Notes: a model not told the origin generated them from the letters alone. A stretch of 64,000 nt of DNA from Rhodothermales bacterium (GCA_963665975.1 OY762508.1:2535922-2599921); one strand, 5' to 3'. Counted from the first letter of the stretch, positions 19,961-31,368 are shown. Numbers and translations are program-made.

Positions 19961-22351
19961 CTAACTCTCATGTATTGCACGCAGGCGGAGGCTGTTTGCG
20001 ACCACAGACACACTGGACAGTGCCATTGCCAGGGACGCAATGATTGGACTCAAGAGCAGACCAAAGAACGGGTACAGCACGCCAGCTGCTACCGGGATTC
20101 CGATCGTGTTATAAATGAAGGCGAAAAACAAATTCTGCTTGATGGTTCGTAGCGTACGCCGTGATATCTTGTACGCACGGGCGATTGTTTCCGGATCGCT
20201 GCCCATCAGCGTGACATCGCTGGCCTCTATCGCAATATCTGCTCCGGCGCCTATGGCGATTCCGACATCAGCCTGAGCAAGTGCGGGCGCATCGTTTATC
20301 CCGTCGCCGACCATGGCGACCACATGTCCTTCGCCCTGGAACGTGCGGATGAGCTCGGCTTTGCCGCTTGGCAGGATTCCAGCCGCGACTTGATCTATTC
20401 CGAGTGCCTCGGCCATGGCCTTGCCAGCGGTAGGCGAGTCGCCGGTAGCCATAGCCACCTTGATCCCCAAGTTGTGCAACGCGTCCACGGCAGCCTGTGA
20501 CGTAGGCCTGAGTGTGTCGGCAATGGTCAGAACGCCGGCTGGTTCACCGTCTATGACCACCCAGACAGACGTGCTTCCGGGGCTGGCAGGGGAGGCCAGA
20601 TCGCTGGTGGCAATGCCCCGCGATTCCAGGAATGCCAGGCTGCCGACGAGGATGTGGCGTCCGTCTGCCATCGCTTCAATGCCGAGACCTGCGGAAGATT
20701 CGAACGACTCGGCAAGGAATAGCGCCAAGCCCCTATTGCGGGCGCCTTCGGTAATGGCCACGCCCACCGGATGCTCAGACAATGCCTCGACGGACGCTGA
20801 AAGCTGCAGCACTTCGTTTTCGGTCCACGGTGCTACAACTGAGACGCCCGTTAGTGACGGCTGCCCTTCTGTCAGCGTTCCAGTCTTGTCCAGGACTACC
20901 AGGTCTATCGAACGTAGCCGCTCCACGGCGTCGGCCCCCTTGAACAGGATTCCTTGCCGGGCAGCTTCGCCCGTCGCCACCATGATGGCCGTTGGCGTTG
21001 CCAGTCCAAGCGCACACGGACACGCGATGATGAGCACAGACACAAACGTAAGTAGTGCGCGCGTCGGTCCTGAAGGAAGCCAGATGACAAAGGTTATCAT
21101 GGCGACGATCAGCACCGCCGGGACGAAGATGCCCGACACCCTGTCAGCAAGCCGCTGGATGGGGGCCTTGCGGCGTTGCGCCGCGCGCGTCAGTCGAACA
21201 ATTTGCTGCAGAGTGGATTCCGCGCCTACGCGTGTCACTTCCGCGACGAATGCTCCGTGCCTGTTTATAGTACTGCCAACGATGATGTCTCCGACCTGCT
21301 TTTCCACGGGCAGCGGCTCGCCGGTGAGCATGCTTTCGTCCACTGCCGAGGCACCCTCGATGATCCTGCCATCCGCAGGTATCTTTTCACCGGGACGCAC
21401 GATGATATGATCTCCACTTCTAAGTTGGGCAATCGGAATATCCAGGGTTTCCGTTCCTCGGCGCACGCGCGCCGTCTTCGCCTGCAGGCCGAGCAGTTTG
21501 GCGATAGCGGCGCTTGTTTCGCCAGTGGCCCGGGCCTCCAACAGGCGGCCCATCAGGATCAGCGTCACAATGATCGCTGCAGCCTCGAAGTAAACATGGG
21601 GGGTGCGTCCAGCCGACGCGAACCACTCCGGCGCCAGTGTCGCCGCTACGCTGTATCCGTAAGCGGATCCAACGCCCAGCGCCACGAGTGTATTCATGTT
21701 TGAGGTCCCATGTCGCAATGCGGTCCAGGCGCCTGCAAAGAACGGCCTGCCTGCCCACACGACCACCGGCGTGGCGAGTGCCAGGAGCACATAGCGAATG
21801 CCCGGAAAATCCAGGGCGCCGTGCGCCATCGACAAAATCAATACAGGTGCGCTCAGTATCGCAGCGGCGGCGAAGCGCCGCTTCAGCGCTGCATATTGCT
21901 GCGTACGATCCAGTGGCACATGGCGCTCCACACCGGAGGCCATGTCAGCCAGGCCATGCGCACCTAGAATCCGGGATAATTCCTCTGGACGCACCAATGC
22001 GCCGAGGAACGTGACCACAACAGACCTGTCCTGCAGCTGTACGCTTTCGACTCCTGGTACCTCGTCAAACAGCGCCTGGAGCAGGCGCTCGCTCGTTTCC
22101 TGGAGCAGTGGAATGGTCAGGGTGTTCGGGCGCACGCCATAGCCGGCACGCTTCACGGCATGGACAATCCGGGATACATCACCGGTTGCCGCGTAACGAA
22201 CGGAGGCTTCACCGGTAGCGAAGTTAACGCCGGCCTCCAGGACACCCGGCTCCTTTTCTAGCTGTCGCTCAATGCGCGCAGCGCAGGCGGCGCATTCCAT
22301 GCCATCCACAGGCAGTAGCACCGTGCGATCTTCGCTTATGCCGATGGACAT
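19961..22351 (-). CDS. copA: Copper/heavy-metal-translocating P1B-type ATPase
   Basis: HMA domain with [15 protein letters not shown] ([13 protein letters not shown]), DKTGT ([10 protein letters not shown]), GDGINDAP. Start taken at ATG 22351 ([11 protein letters not shown]..). Confidence 0.93.
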   Translation of the reverse strand: MSIGISEDRTVLLPVDGMECAACAARIERQLEKEPGVLEAGVNFATGEASVRYAATGDVSRIVHAVKRAGYGVRPNTLTIPLLQETSERLLQALFDEVPGVESVQLQDRSVVVTFLGALVRPEELSRILGAHGLADMASGVERHVPLDRTQQYAALKRRFAAAAILSAPVLILSMAHGALDFPGIRYVLLALATPVVVWAGRPFFAGAWTALRHGTSNMNTLVALGVGSAYGYSVAATLAPEWFASAGRTPHVYFEAAAIIVTLILMGRLLEARATGETSAAIAKLLGLQAKTARVRRGTETLDIPIAQLRSGDHIIVRPGEKIPADGRIIEGASAVDESMLTGEPLPVEKQVGDIIVGSTINRHGAFVAEVTRVGAESTLQQIVRLTRAAQRRKAPIQRLADRVSGIFVPAVLIVAMITFVIWLPSGPTRALLTFVSVLIIACPCALGLATPTAIMVATGEAARQGILFKGADAVERLRSIDLVVLDKTGTLTEGQPSLTGVSVVAPWTENEVLQLSASVEALSEHPVGVAITEGARNRGLALFLAESFESSAGLGIEAMADGRHILVGSLAFLESRGIATSDLASPASPGSTSVWVVIDGEPAGVLTIADTLRPTSQAAVDALHNLGIKVAMATGDSPTAGKAMAEALGIDQVAAGILPSGKAELIRTFQGEGHVVAMVGDGINDAPALAQADVGIAIGAGADIAIEASDVTLMGSDPETIARAYKISRRTLRTIKQNLFFAFIYNTIGIPVAAGVLYPFFGLLLSPIIASLAMALSSVSVVANSLRLRAIHES

Positions 22352-22452
22352 AGCGTGCGTTAGGCAGGTTGACAGAACGTGGAAAGAACCGGTTTGCGAA
22401 GAAAAGGTTACCTGGGTAACAAGTCTCCACATCCCAGCAAACAGTCTGCCCT

Positions 22453-22896
22453 ATGAGTACGCGCACGCATATGCATGAGGAAGTCTTCCCTGTAGATTCG
22501 ACAACACTGTTTCGGGTATTGCACACACCGAGCGCTGTACGGTGCTGGTGGGGAGCCGCATCGGTAATCATTGTGCCGGAAGTCGGAGGCAAATTTGTCG
22601 CTGCATGGGGCGCGAACGAAGACGCACCTGACTACGTCACCGTTGCCACGATTAGTGTTTTCGAGCCCGAATCCCGGATCGTAATGGTGGATCACTACTA
22701 CACCGGCAAGGACGGGCCGCTTCCCTTCAAGGCTGATTTCGTTGTGGAGTTTGTTGTGGAGCCACATTCATCCGGCGCGCTTTTGCGTGTCATCCAGAGC
22801 GGATTTCCTGGCGGACCGGAAGCAGACGCCCACTACGCCGCCTGTGAGACCGGGTGGAAGGACACGTTTGCCGGTATAAGGGACTATTTGAAGTGA
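22453..22896 (+). CDS. SRPBCC-superfamily (Aha1/START-like) protein
   Basis: 147 aa. Pattern ..VFPVDSTTLFRVLHTPSAVRCWWGA..GGKFVAAWG.. is typical of the AHSA1/SRPBCC family. Confidence 0.75.
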   Translation: MSTRTHMHEEVFPVDSTTLFRVLHTPSAVRCWWGAASVIIVPEVGGKFVAAWGANEDAPDYVTVATISVFEPESRIVMVDHYYTGKDGPLPFKADFVVEFVVEPHSSGALLRVIQSGFPGGPEADAHYAACETGWKDTFAGIRDYLK

Positions 22897-22959
22897 ACGT
22901 CCGGTGAGGCGGTCTGGCTGACTAATCCGATTCAGGAATTCTGTCGGAGATCTCCTAGT

Positions 22960-25899
22960 TCATTTCATCAGGATCATAGGCATCGAACCGTTGAAGGTGG
23001 TGCCATCCGTACTGCGCGCACTAATAGTGCAAAAGTATATACCAGAAGAAAGGTGTTTGTCCAGAAAGCGAATTTGATGATCACCACGGGAAATCAAATC
23101 TTCATTCAATAGTGTGCTTATGAGTTGTCCGAGCAGGTTGAAAACCTTGACCGATACTTGAGCTTCTTCAGGCAAGGTGAAGCGGATCCAGGTCTCTGAT
23201 TTGAACGGGTTGGGATAGTTTTCAAATAGGGAGAACGTCTGTGGCGCCTCAATCTCATTGGCAATCGTGACGGACGACGCTAAGTCTATGCCTTCGCCCC
23301 AGCGCGCAACTGCAACAACGCCATCATTTGCATTCGGACTGAGGTCCTTCACTACGTCTCCATTGCCTTCATTCATTCTCCAATAGCCGACCAGGCCTGC
23401 CTCATTACCGAGAAGTGCCACAGTCCTGCCATCTGACACTTCCGTTCCCGTACGAGTGATGTCCCACAGACGGACTTCATCGATCCTGCCCTGGAAACTG
23501 TAAATCTTGGCGCTGGAATTTCCAACAAACAAATCGTTAGAAACTTGATGACCAATAGCGCCGGTCAGCTCTCCCGTACCGTAAACGGATTGACGAATGC
23601 CATCAATGTACATTTCCACGCTTTCGTCTGACGCACCTTCTGCATTAAACGTCACAGCAACGTGTTGCCATTTATCCAACGAGATCGAACCCGATGGTGT
23701 GTTCCATAGGCTCCTCTTGTTGTTCTCATCCTGAAGGACAAAAGCCACGCTGTTAGCACTAAGCTCGTCGTCGTCAGCCGTTTCCTGCATGTAGATCCAA
23801 AAACTATTGGCTTTGCTTGCTATACGCGCCCGACCCCCGGTTCGCCTGCCCCAGCCCGAAGGATTAATCCATGCTTCAAACGTCATGGCTTCGCTAACGT
23901 CAAGGCTCGCGTGTTTAGGGATTTTCACAAGTTCACCCTGGTTTTGAAATAGCAAGGCGCTTTCGCCGTTGAATACTTGTATGAAGAATTCTTTGGTCAG
24001 TGAAGCAGAACCAGCAATTGACGCAACATTATTATTGGAAACCTCAAGAATAACTGTATACTGGCCTGGCTGCGAGTACGACCAGGTAGGATTTTGGTCA
24101 TTGCTGTCCACTACACCATCACCGTCAAGATCCCAGGACCAGTGTGTAATGGCTTGTTGTGGGACGGACTGGTCGATGAAAGAAACACTCAATGGTGCAT
24201 GGCCAGTCTGAAGGTTAGAAGTAAAAGCAGCAAATGGGGCGGTTATGCTGATCATTGCCGTCATCATATCAGAAGAATCGCTGATATCCCAAATCGCGAC
24301 GTTCGAGGGAACAGATTCATAATAGGATCGGCTGCTTGGATTGCTCTGGTAATAAAAGCGACGATTGCCATGGGTACCAGGGAACGGATCACCGGCATCG
24401 CCCCGGCTTTCTTTCCTATCCAGTTCATCATTTCCGTCCGCTTCCTCAAGATCGACCCACTTATGCAATTCATTACTGTTGGTGGACATCACATCATCTA
24501 CGTGCCAGATCAATAGCCCCGTACCGGGTAGATAGGAGTCAAAGCCCACGCGCTGACGGTTTTCCACCAGAAAATATTCTAATGGACTATTCGCAAAATT
24601 GATACGATAGACATTCTCAGGATCAGCTTCGGCTGGTGTAAAAGTGTAACTACCATCTGTTTCTATCAGCTGGGGAGAGATCCATTGCAGTTTCTTTTTG
24701 CACCATGCTGAGAGGTGGGCGGGCGCCCGACCTGCATCTAGCCAGTTACCGCTAGCCATGAGTCCCCACAATCCGATACCTGCAGAACTATCATCAATAT
24801 CATATAGGTCGGGCAGACGAAACATCAGGTGCATGAATTCATGGGCAAGCACGCCCACGCCTGCCTGCCTGCCATACTGCTTTTCCGGTTGTACGGTGTA
24901 ACGGCTGATTACCACTCCGTCAAAATTGCGGCTGTTCTCTCCCAACTCCGATTGGTGAGGCCAAATGAAGCGCGTGTCTCCCTGCTGCGCGGCCCCCAAA
25001 CCCGCGTGGATGATTATAACTCCATCGCAATGGCCATCCCCGTCATTATCGTATTTCGAAAAGTCGACGCCACTGGCGTTGGCGGCGTCAATAGCCCCAG
25101 CCGCCAGTTCGCGTGCGCGACCCGTACCATTCTTGTCACCATAGTACAGTTGATCGTTCGTGCTCGTGAACCAGCCATATACGTCAGCATCAATACCGAA
25201 CTGGCCGTAAGAGACTTCTCTCAAGTAATCGTTCAAACTGCCATGTGCACCGATCCCGCCGTGCCAACCAGGTTGGGTAAGCATTTCCTTCTTTGCTTGT
25301 ATCGAGCTTTCACCAGATAGATCTGGGAAGTCAACCAGTAGAACAAGTATCTTCATGGTGACCGCATTCCCCCTGGTTTTTCGAAACAGGCGTTCCATCA
25401 GGAGGGCCGAGCCGGAGGGGTCAGCGCGGTGTGGATGCTGACTGAGGATCTCCTGAATCACCTGCTCACTGGGTCGTACATGCTGGCCAACGCGGTTCAG
25501 CAATTCAACCTCCTGGACAGAGCGCGCCTCGGGGTCATGTGCCAGGATGGCGGTAGGACTGAGCTTACCTTCGGCATCGCGAAACGCATAGACCCAAGCT
25601 GTGCCAGACGAATCACGTATGACCGTGTACCCATCTATGGTTTCGGCGTAGTGATACGTCTCGTCACCGAACAGACGAATCGTTACCGTAGTGAAATCAG
25701 GTTGTATCGCCTCAAAAGGGTACGGATTGGCTGGACCGGCCAGCGCACCTTGAGCAGGTGTAAAGGGACTGGAAGCTGCGAAAGGGTGGAGGTTAAGGTT
25801 GCCCCCAATACTAACAGGCGCGCAATAAAGAATGGTGGCAGCAGCCACAGACAGGAGCGAGTCAAGAACAATAATTCCCACGTTCCTGGCAAGACGCAT
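22960..25899 (-). CDS. Secreted M6-like (immune inhibitor A-type) metalloprotease with PKD and LamG-like domains and a T9SS C-terminal sorting domain
   Basis: Zn motif GVLAHEFMHLMFRLPDLYD. PKD-like segment (FTSNLQTGHAPLSVSFIDQS..WSWDLDGDG..YSQPGQYTVILEVSN). Concanavalin/LamG-like region. T9SS CTD (ENYPNPFKSETWIRFTL...GIYFCTISA). Start taken at ATG 25899. Confidence 0.85.
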   Translation of the reverse strand: MRLARNVGIIVLDSLLSVAAATILYCAPVSIGGNLNLHPFAASSPFTPAQGALAGPANPYPFEAIQPDFTTVTIRLFGDETYHYAETIDGYTVIRDSSGTAWVYAFRDAEGKLSPTAILAHDPEARSVQEVELLNRVGQHVRPSEQVIQEILSQHPHRADPSGSALLMERLFRKTRGNAVTMKILVLLVDFPDLSGESSIQAKKEMLTQPGWHGGIGAHGSLNDYLREVSYGQFGIDADVYGWFTSTNDQLYYGDKNGTGRARELAAGAIDAANASGVDFSKYDNDGDGHCDGVIIIHAGLGAAQQGDTRFIWPHQSELGENSRNFDGVVISRYTVQPEKQYGRQAGVGVLAHEFMHLMFRLPDLYDIDDSSAGIGLWGLMASGNWLDAGRAPAHLSAWCKKKLQWISPQLIETDGSYTFTPAEADPENVYRINFANSPLEYFLVENRQRVGFDSYLPGTGLLIWHVDDVMSTNSNELHKWVDLEEADGNDELDRKESRGDAGDPFPGTHGNRRFYYQSNPSSRSYYESVPSNVAIWDISDSSDMMTAMISITAPFAAFTSNLQTGHAPLSVSFIDQSVPQQAITHWSWDLDGDGVVDSNDQNPTWSYSQPGQYTVILEVSNNNVASIAGSASLTKEFFIQVFNGESALLFQNQGELVKIPKHASLDVSEAMTFEAWINPSGWGRRTGGRARIASKANSFWIYMQETADDDELSANSVAFVLQDENNKRSLWNTPSGSISLDKWQHVAVTFNAEGASDESVEMYIDGIRQSVYGTGELTGAIGHQVSNDLFVGNSSAKIYSFQGRIDEVRLWDITRTGTEVSDGRTVALLGNEAGLVGYWRMNEGNGDVVKDLSPNANDGVVAVARWGEGIDLASSVTIANEIEAPQTFSLFENYPNPFKSETWIRFTLPEEAQVSVKVFNLLGQLISTLLNEDLISRGDHQIRFLDKHLSSGIYFCTISARSTDGTTFNGSMPMILMK

Positions 25900-26413
25900 T
25901 GACTTGTGGCCTCTTTCGTCGCGCATTGTTAGGACAGAAAATAAGGTACCCTTTGAGGCTCTTGCAAACCATCCAGAGTGACTGGTGGTCCCGGTGATCT
26001 AGTGGCACAGTTCCGTGCAAGTGGCTCGCATTTCGTGGATGAGCAGTACGTTTTCGCCGTCTCCCACCGAAAACACAGGCCGCGTTCGGCAAACTGCTAA
26101 TTGTTTCTACAGTCATCCAGGTATTCGGACGCCCATTGCTGGTTATCTCCGGGAGAGACGGTATGCAAATGAGGTCCAAGAGGAGCAAGCACTCTGCTAC
26201 AGATTCTGTTCGGAAAACGAATTCCCGCTTTGTGCTACGCATTTCGAAATGTGGTTTTGGCTTCAGCGAGTGCAAATGGTGCGGCTGATGCACCTTCATC
26301 TCGGCGACATGTCTCGTCGGTCGGTAACCGCCAATATAGCAGGTCATGCGGGGCCTTTCGGAATAGCACTGCCCCTACGCTCCTGTGTCGCAGACTCCTT
26401 GTCCTTGGAACGC

Positions 26414-27658
26414 CTATGGCCGGGCATAGGCGCGAAGACGGGCAATACGAGGGGCTCGGCGTTTGGGGCTATCCAGGCTAAATGCGCGGGCATCCTGTAG
26501 TTCATCCCGGACGAAAGCCTCAGTCCTTGCGATCGCAGCGAGAGTTTCGGGAGCTGGGGGATCAAATGTTATCCAGACAATCGACTGGGTGGCCACATCG
26601 AATTCCCACAACCCGATGATCCGGCCGCGATCCACGATTGCATGGTACGGCAAATCGCTAAGACTCGGACTAGCGGGGACGAGAAGGGGATGCGCTTTGT
26701 CGGCAGGGTCAATACAATTGCCCGCATCACGCCGCAACAGAAAGAGAGCATCCAAGCCGCTTACCAGGCTAACGTCCGGCTCTTCAGGTACCTGGTACGT
26801 TGCAAACGCCGCTAGCTGGCGCGAATGCAACAGACGCGTGGGATCGGTCGGCAGTGGCGCGAGATCAATCGCCTCGAGCGCAATCCGAGCTGCTCTGGCC
26901 CCCAATCCGGAGAACCAGCGAAACTCGCCTACCGTTGCCGGACCAATCCAGTCAAAAAACTGCACGGCCAGGCGCGTGTGGGCCTGCCCAAGCGTGGCGT
27001 CGTAGCCCGCACATGGATTGCGCTCCCAGCGTGCATAGCGATAGCGTTGGTTGTCCAAACGCCCTGTGGTCGAAATACGACGGATTTCTCCGCGTACCTG
27101 AAGATCACCCAACACCAGCGGAAGTGTCGTCGTCAGCCCTTTCCTCTTGCCCTCTTCTCCCAGGCTTCGTACCCGGTCACCCAGCGATTCCCGCAGTGTG
27201 GCCGGGTCCAGTGGAGCATTCGCCAGCGCATCCAGCACAGCGCGGGAAAGTCTGCGCTGCTCCGCTTCGGTTACGCCGAGCTGGCGAGCTTTTCTGGTTT
27301 CTGCTTCCTTGAAGGGGCGAGCTAATGTCAGTGCGAGCGCATAATCGTTAGCCCCCACCACGTAGGTGCAGCCCCGGGCGCTCGGGAGTTCCTGTATGTC
27401 CATGACCTCTACGGCCCGATCCACGCTCGCGCGATCATGTGCCCCGCGAGTGAATAGCGTAAGGTAGGGGCAGTCGCCGCCCACGGAGCGCGCCCAGCCT
27501 GTGCGCGCGAAGATGGTTGCCGGCTCGTGACCGGCAAGGCTATGGTCGAGACCTTGCGTATGCCACCACCAAGCCCGTAACTGCGCATGCTCATCCATGA
27601 CTGCTCTCTGTTGTCTCCATGTGTCCCAAGGAACCCCAGCTATGTGAGGCCGTGCCAT
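26414..27658 (-). CDS. Winged-helix DNA-binding protein of the AlkZ/YcaQ (DUF1006, HTH_42) family
   Basis: 414 aa. The N-terminal ..AQLRAWWWHTQGLD.. and overall length resemble AlkZ-like crosslink glycosylase family proteins. Start could instead be ATG 27598. Confidence 0.65.
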   Translation of the reverse strand: MARPHIAGVPWDTWRQQRAVMDEHAQLRAWWWHTQGLDHSLAGHEPATIFARTGWARSVGGDCPYLTLFTRGAHDRASVDRAVEVMDIQELPSARGCTYVVGANDYALALTLARPFKEAETRKARQLGVTEAEQRRLSRAVLDALANAPLDPATLRESLGDRVRSLGEEGKRKGLTTTLPLVLGDLQVRGEIRRISTTGRLDNQRYRYARWERNPCAGYDATLGQAHTRLAVQFFDWIGPATVGEFRWFSGLGARAARIALEAIDLAPLPTDPTRLLHSRQLAAFATYQVPEEPDVSLVSGLDALFLLRRDAGNCIDPADKAHPLLVPASPSLSDLPYHAIVDRGRIIGLWEFDVATQSIVWITFDPPAPETLAAIARTEAFVRDELQDARAFSLDSPKRRAPRIARLRAYARP

Positions 27659-27704
27659 CCCCGCATTCTACGGTATCCGCGCCGGCAAACCCGCAAACGA
27701 GTCA

Positions 27705-28388
27705 ATGTCTCCCATTCAGCCTGCCCTGTTTGACTTCTTCACCGACCTCCGCAATAACAACAACAGAGATTGGTTCCTTGCAAACAAATGGCGGTACGAG
27801 GCCTGTGTCAAAGATCCACTACTCACGCTCATAACTGATTTTGCTGCTCCGCTCGCGGATATTAGCGCGCATTTTAACGCGATTCCCAAAGTGGGAGGGT
27901 CCCTTTTTCGTATCTACCGCGATATCCGCTTTTCCAAAGACAAGCGCCCGTATAAGACGGCGGCAGGCGTGCATTTTCGCCATAAAGCTGGAAAGAATGC
28001 CCACGCGCCGGGATTTTATCTGCACCTGGGACCTGGGGAGTGCTTCGCGGCTGTGGGACTCTGGGGGCCTGACACAAAAACCCTCAATCAGATTCGACAG
28101 ACAATCGTGAATGATTCGTCGGAGTGGGAGCGTGTAACGACGGATCCGGATTTCTCAGCGATCTACACCCGGGATCTCCATGCCGACTCCCTGAAGCGCG
28201 CGCCGCGGGGTTTCGACCCGGACCACCGTTTTGTGGATGACCTCAAGCGCAGACACTTCGTAGCATCTTCCGTGCTCACGGAGTCGGATATCTGCAAGTC
28301 GGACTTCCTGGAGGAGCTTGCGCGCAGATACCAGATCGCGGCTGGCTTCATGGAATTCCTTACGACGTCTGTAGGATTGCCCTGGTAG
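27705..28388 (+). CDS. DUF2461 (TIGR02453) family protein
   Basis: N-terminus FDFFTDLRNNNNRDWFLANKWRYEACVKDPL and ..GGSLFRIYRDIRFSKDKRPYKT..GFYLHL.. are hallmark DUF2461 motifs. Confidence 0.85.
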   Translation: MSPIQPALFDFFTDLRNNNNRDWFLANKWRYEACVKDPLLTLITDFAAPLADISAHFNAIPKVGGSLFRIYRDIRFSKDKRPYKTAAGVHFRHKAGKNAHAPGFYLHLGPGECFAAVGLWGPDTKTLNQIRQTIVNDSSEWERVTTDPDFSAIYTRDLHADSLKRAPRGFDPDHRFVDDLKRRHFVASSVLTESDICKSDFLEELARRYQIAAGFMEFLTTSVGLPW

Positions 28389-28406
28389 GAGTGTACTGTG
28401 ACAGTG

Positions 28407-30014
28407 CTAGGCCCTGGCGCGTCTTAAGATGCGCACAACTTCGAGGTGATTGCGCCGCTCAGCCCAAGACAGCGGGGTTGCCCAATCCGCACCGCCGTTG
28501 ATATCTGCTCCGTGCTCCAGGAGTAGCACTGCCATGTCCGCCAGACCGAGCCGGGCTGCCCATCCGAGTGGGGTTGACTGGTAGGCTTCCTCTGTAGCGT
28601 TGATATTTGCCCCATGCTCGAGCAAGATGCGTGCGCACGTTGTTCGGTTGGGTCGTGCGCGGCCTCGATTGTCCAAACTGCAGAGACTGTGCAGCGGTGT
28701 TGTACACTGAAAATCCGGCAGGTTCGGATCCATCCCGTGCGCAAGAAGCATATCCAGGAATGCGGGGTGTTCCCAGTAATAGGAACGGCATTCGGTCACC
28801 ACCGGTCGCACTCGAACCCCGTTCTGTAGCAATCGAACGAGGAGATCCCGGTTTCCCAACCTGCATGCAGCGGCCAGGACTCCGCCACAACCTGCATGGG
28901 CCGACGCTGGCTCCTCGCGAACGCGCGCAATGACGGCGTCGTCTTCTCCCAGCCACGCCAGATCGTAGGGGCTGAGCTGGCCGCCACAGCGCATGAGGAG
29001 CCGTCGAATCGCAGGCGTCTTTGCGACAAACGTAGCGCTTCCGGATGCCTCGATCCAGGCATTTGGATCCGCGCCATAGTCGAGTAGCAGGGAGACCATC
29101 TTTTCATAACCACGCCGTGCCGCTGCATGGAGCGCTGATCCTCTTGGCGCCGTCCGGCCATCGGGCCAATTGGGGGACGCTCCGTGTTCCAGCAGGAGGG
29201 TTGCGACGTTGGGGGCGAATTCCACCGCAGCGGGCAGGGCATGCTTGCCGGATGGCCGCGCCGCCGTAATGGCATTCGGATCGTCATCCAGGATCCCCCG
29301 AACGCGTACGGCGTCACCGAGTGCAGAAGCAATGACGAGGTCGTAGCGGGCTCCTCGACGCAGAAGCAGGCGCGCGGTGGTCATGTCGCCCCGCACATTC
29401 CAGAAAGGACCTGTCCAAAGGGCAAGATCAATCGGTTCAAACAGAATAGGAGGGTATCCTCTCGACGAGGCGCGACCAGCGCCGTGGCGCGCATGGATGT
29501 CGGCGCCGCTGTCCAGGAGCAGTGTAGCCACTTCCTCGGCGGACGCGGCTACCGCCCGGTGAAGCGGGGAGCCGCCGGAATCGTCGGCCTGCTCCAAGAG
29601 TTGCTCATTCTCTCGTAGCAGGGCACGCACAGTTTCCGCATCATTCGCAGAGGCTGCCTTGTGTATAGCATGATCGGAGTTACCTGGTGCTACTAGGTCA
29701 GTCCATGTCTCGGCTGCGCGGCCCAAGAGCTCGGCGAGTTCGCCAAACCCGCGATCGCTGGCGTGCATACGAAGCGATGCATGGTCCACGATCTGCGTAG
29801 GGTCGGCACCGGCGTCGAGAAGGATGCGTGCAGCCTGCAGGCGTCCTTCGCGGACAGCAATATGGATCGGCTGCACGCCGCCGTATTCACCATGAACCAG
29901 ACCGACGTCGCGTGCGAGCAGCGTACGGATGGCCTGCCCGTCGCCAGCCCGGGCTGCGCAGAGCATTTCCCAGGCATCTCGCTCCAGAATCGATTCCGGG
30001 CCTGGCGTGATCAT
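28407..30014 (-). CDS. Ankyrin-repeat protein (535 aa)
   Basis: Many ANK-type repeats (..PIHIAVREGRLQAARILLDAGADP.., ..SPLHRAVAASAEEVATLLLDSGADIHAR.., ..TPLSWAERRNHLEVVRIL..). Confidence 0.9.
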   Translation of the reverse strand: MITPGPESILERDAWEMLCAARAGDGQAIRTLLARDVGLVHGEYGGVQPIHIAVREGRLQAARILLDAGADPTQIVDHASLRMHASDRGFGELAELLGRAAETWTDLVAPGNSDHAIHKAASANDAETVRALLRENEQLLEQADDSGGSPLHRAVAASAEEVATLLLDSGADIHARHGAGRASSRGYPPILFEPIDLALWTGPFWNVRGDMTTARLLLRRGARYDLVIASALGDAVRVRGILDDDPNAITAARPSGKHALPAAVEFAPNVATLLLEHGASPNWPDGRTAPRGSALHAAARRGYEKMVSLLLDYGADPNAWIEASGSATFVAKTPAIRRLLMRCGGQLSPYDLAWLGEDDAVIARVREEPASAHAGCGGVLAAACRLGNRDLLVRLLQNGVRVRPVVTECRSYYWEHPAFLDMLLAHGMDPNLPDFQCTTPLHSLCSLDNRGRARPNRTTCARILLEHGANINATEEAYQSTPLGWAARLGLADMAVLLLEHGADINGGADWATPLSWAERRNHLEVVRILRRARA

Positions 30015-30029
30015 GGATTATACGATGCC

Positions 30030-30464
30030 TCACTCTTTCGAAAGAAGGCCACCACCCCAGGCCACCCCGAGCGCTCCGAGAAGTGGATTCAGATACATGA
30101 TCCACATTGGCTGATGCGCGTTATTCATCGCTTCCAACCATCCCGGATCCACCAGACGTGGGTCCGTCATCGTGGGCTCCCCGGTCGTCACGATGGTCAC
30201 GACGCCCAGAATGACAACGACCGCAATCAAGTAGACAGGACCTCTCATCGACCGGGCGATCCGCTGGCAAACATTACCACCGACCCAAGCCGCGCCGAGT
30301 CCAACGACAATGCTGAGAATGAGCCAGATGGTAGAAACCTGCCATGATTCCGATCTGAATGATCCGTCGGCTCCCAGTACAAGGTATGCTGCAGTAAACA
30401 CAACCATTATGCTCAGGGCCATTACGGCATATCCACCGATTACGCCAAGGATGTTTCGCAGCAT
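30030..30464 (-). CDS. Small 4-TM membrane protein, unknown family (paralog A)
   Basis: 144 aa with four hydrophobic helices. Clear paralog of 30837-31325 (shared SWQ[VI]S, GG[NK]VCQ.IARS.RG, TGEP[TS]M.DPR, H.PMW..YL.PL.GA.G). Lies 15 nt upstream of the ankyrin gene. Confidence 0.7.
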   Translation of the reverse strand: MLRNILGVIGGYAVMALSIMVVFTAAYLVLGADGSFRSESWQVSTIWLILSIVVGLGAAWVGGNVCQRIARSMRGPVYLIAVVVILGVVTIVTTGEPTMTDPRLVDPGWLEAMNNAHQPMWIMYLNPLLGALGVAWGGGLLSKE

Positions 30465-30836
30465 GGTATTACATGGGTTAGGTTAGCGAGGCAAGTATGC
30501 CTATAGTGATACGGCGCACGCACGATTCGTTCCAATGCTTTCGATTGGTTCTCGCGAACCAGCATCCAGGAATCCAGTTCGCGACCTGATCCATCCCCGG
30601 CAAAATGGCTATCTGACAGGCTCTACCGAACCCGCGAATTCCGCAGCTATCGCTAATGCCTCGCGTGAGCGATGCAACATGAATCAGGCCTTGTGCTGCG
30701 TTACGCCAATATCCTTGCGGAGCTTTACGCTGGACATGCCGTAAGCGAAGGCATTCTTAAGGTAGATCACTTATGCCCATTTCGTCGATGTCAGGCGGCT
30801 GCATAACCCGGCCGGCCGTTGCAGGACGCGCATTGT

Positions 30837-31325
30837 TCAGCGCGGCTTACGCGATGGCGCGTCAGGCTCGACAGCTCGCGCCTGTTTCTTCTTGAGCAGG
30901 CGACTTCCCATCGCTATCCCAAATGCGCCGCAGAGCGGATAGAGATACAGTAACCACATAGGATGATGCGCGCCATCCATCCAGCTACTAAGTGCTTCTC
31001 TCCACTCGGGATCGATGGTGCGAGGATCAGCCATGCTCGGTTCGCCCACCGTGACGGCAGATGCTATACCGAGCAGAAGAACTGCAATTATCAGGTAGAG
31101 CGCACCTCTCCTTGATCTGGCAATGACCTGGCAAACCTTGCCGCCTATGGATGCCGCCATAATCGCGACGACAATGCTCAGAACAGACCAGGGCACGGAG
31201 ATCTGCCACGAGTCAGGCTTGAACGCTATGTCCGCACCCACCACTAGGTATATTCCGCAATAGGTGGCGGCTTCGACGAGCGTCATTGCGCCATAGCCTG
31301 CGATTACGCCCACGAATAGTCGCAT
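30837..31325 (-). CDS. Small 4-TM membrane protein, unknown family (paralog B)
   Basis: Start at ATG 31325 (MRLFVGVIAGYGAMTL..). Same helix pattern and motifs as 30030-30464, plus a basic C-terminal tail. Confidence 0.7.
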   Translation of the reverse strand: MRLFVGVIAGYGAMTLVEAATYCGIYLVVGADIAFKPDSWQISVPWSVLSIVVAIMAASIGGKVCQVIARSRRGALYLIIAVLLLGIASAVTVGEPSMADPRTIDPEWREALSSWMDGAHHPMWLLYLYPLCGAFGIAMGSRLLKKKQARAVEPDAPSRKPR

Positions 31326-31368
31326 AAAGAAAACATCTGAGTGGTGGTGCAAAGAGGCTCATTCATAA

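Noticed and set aside
30465-30836. Possible decayed XRE-type HTH gene in the gap between the 4-TM paralogs (minus strand, MSSVKLRKDIGVTQHKA*)
   Set aside because: Only a 17-codon fragment resembles an HTH start. The downstream frames do not continue the pattern convincingly.
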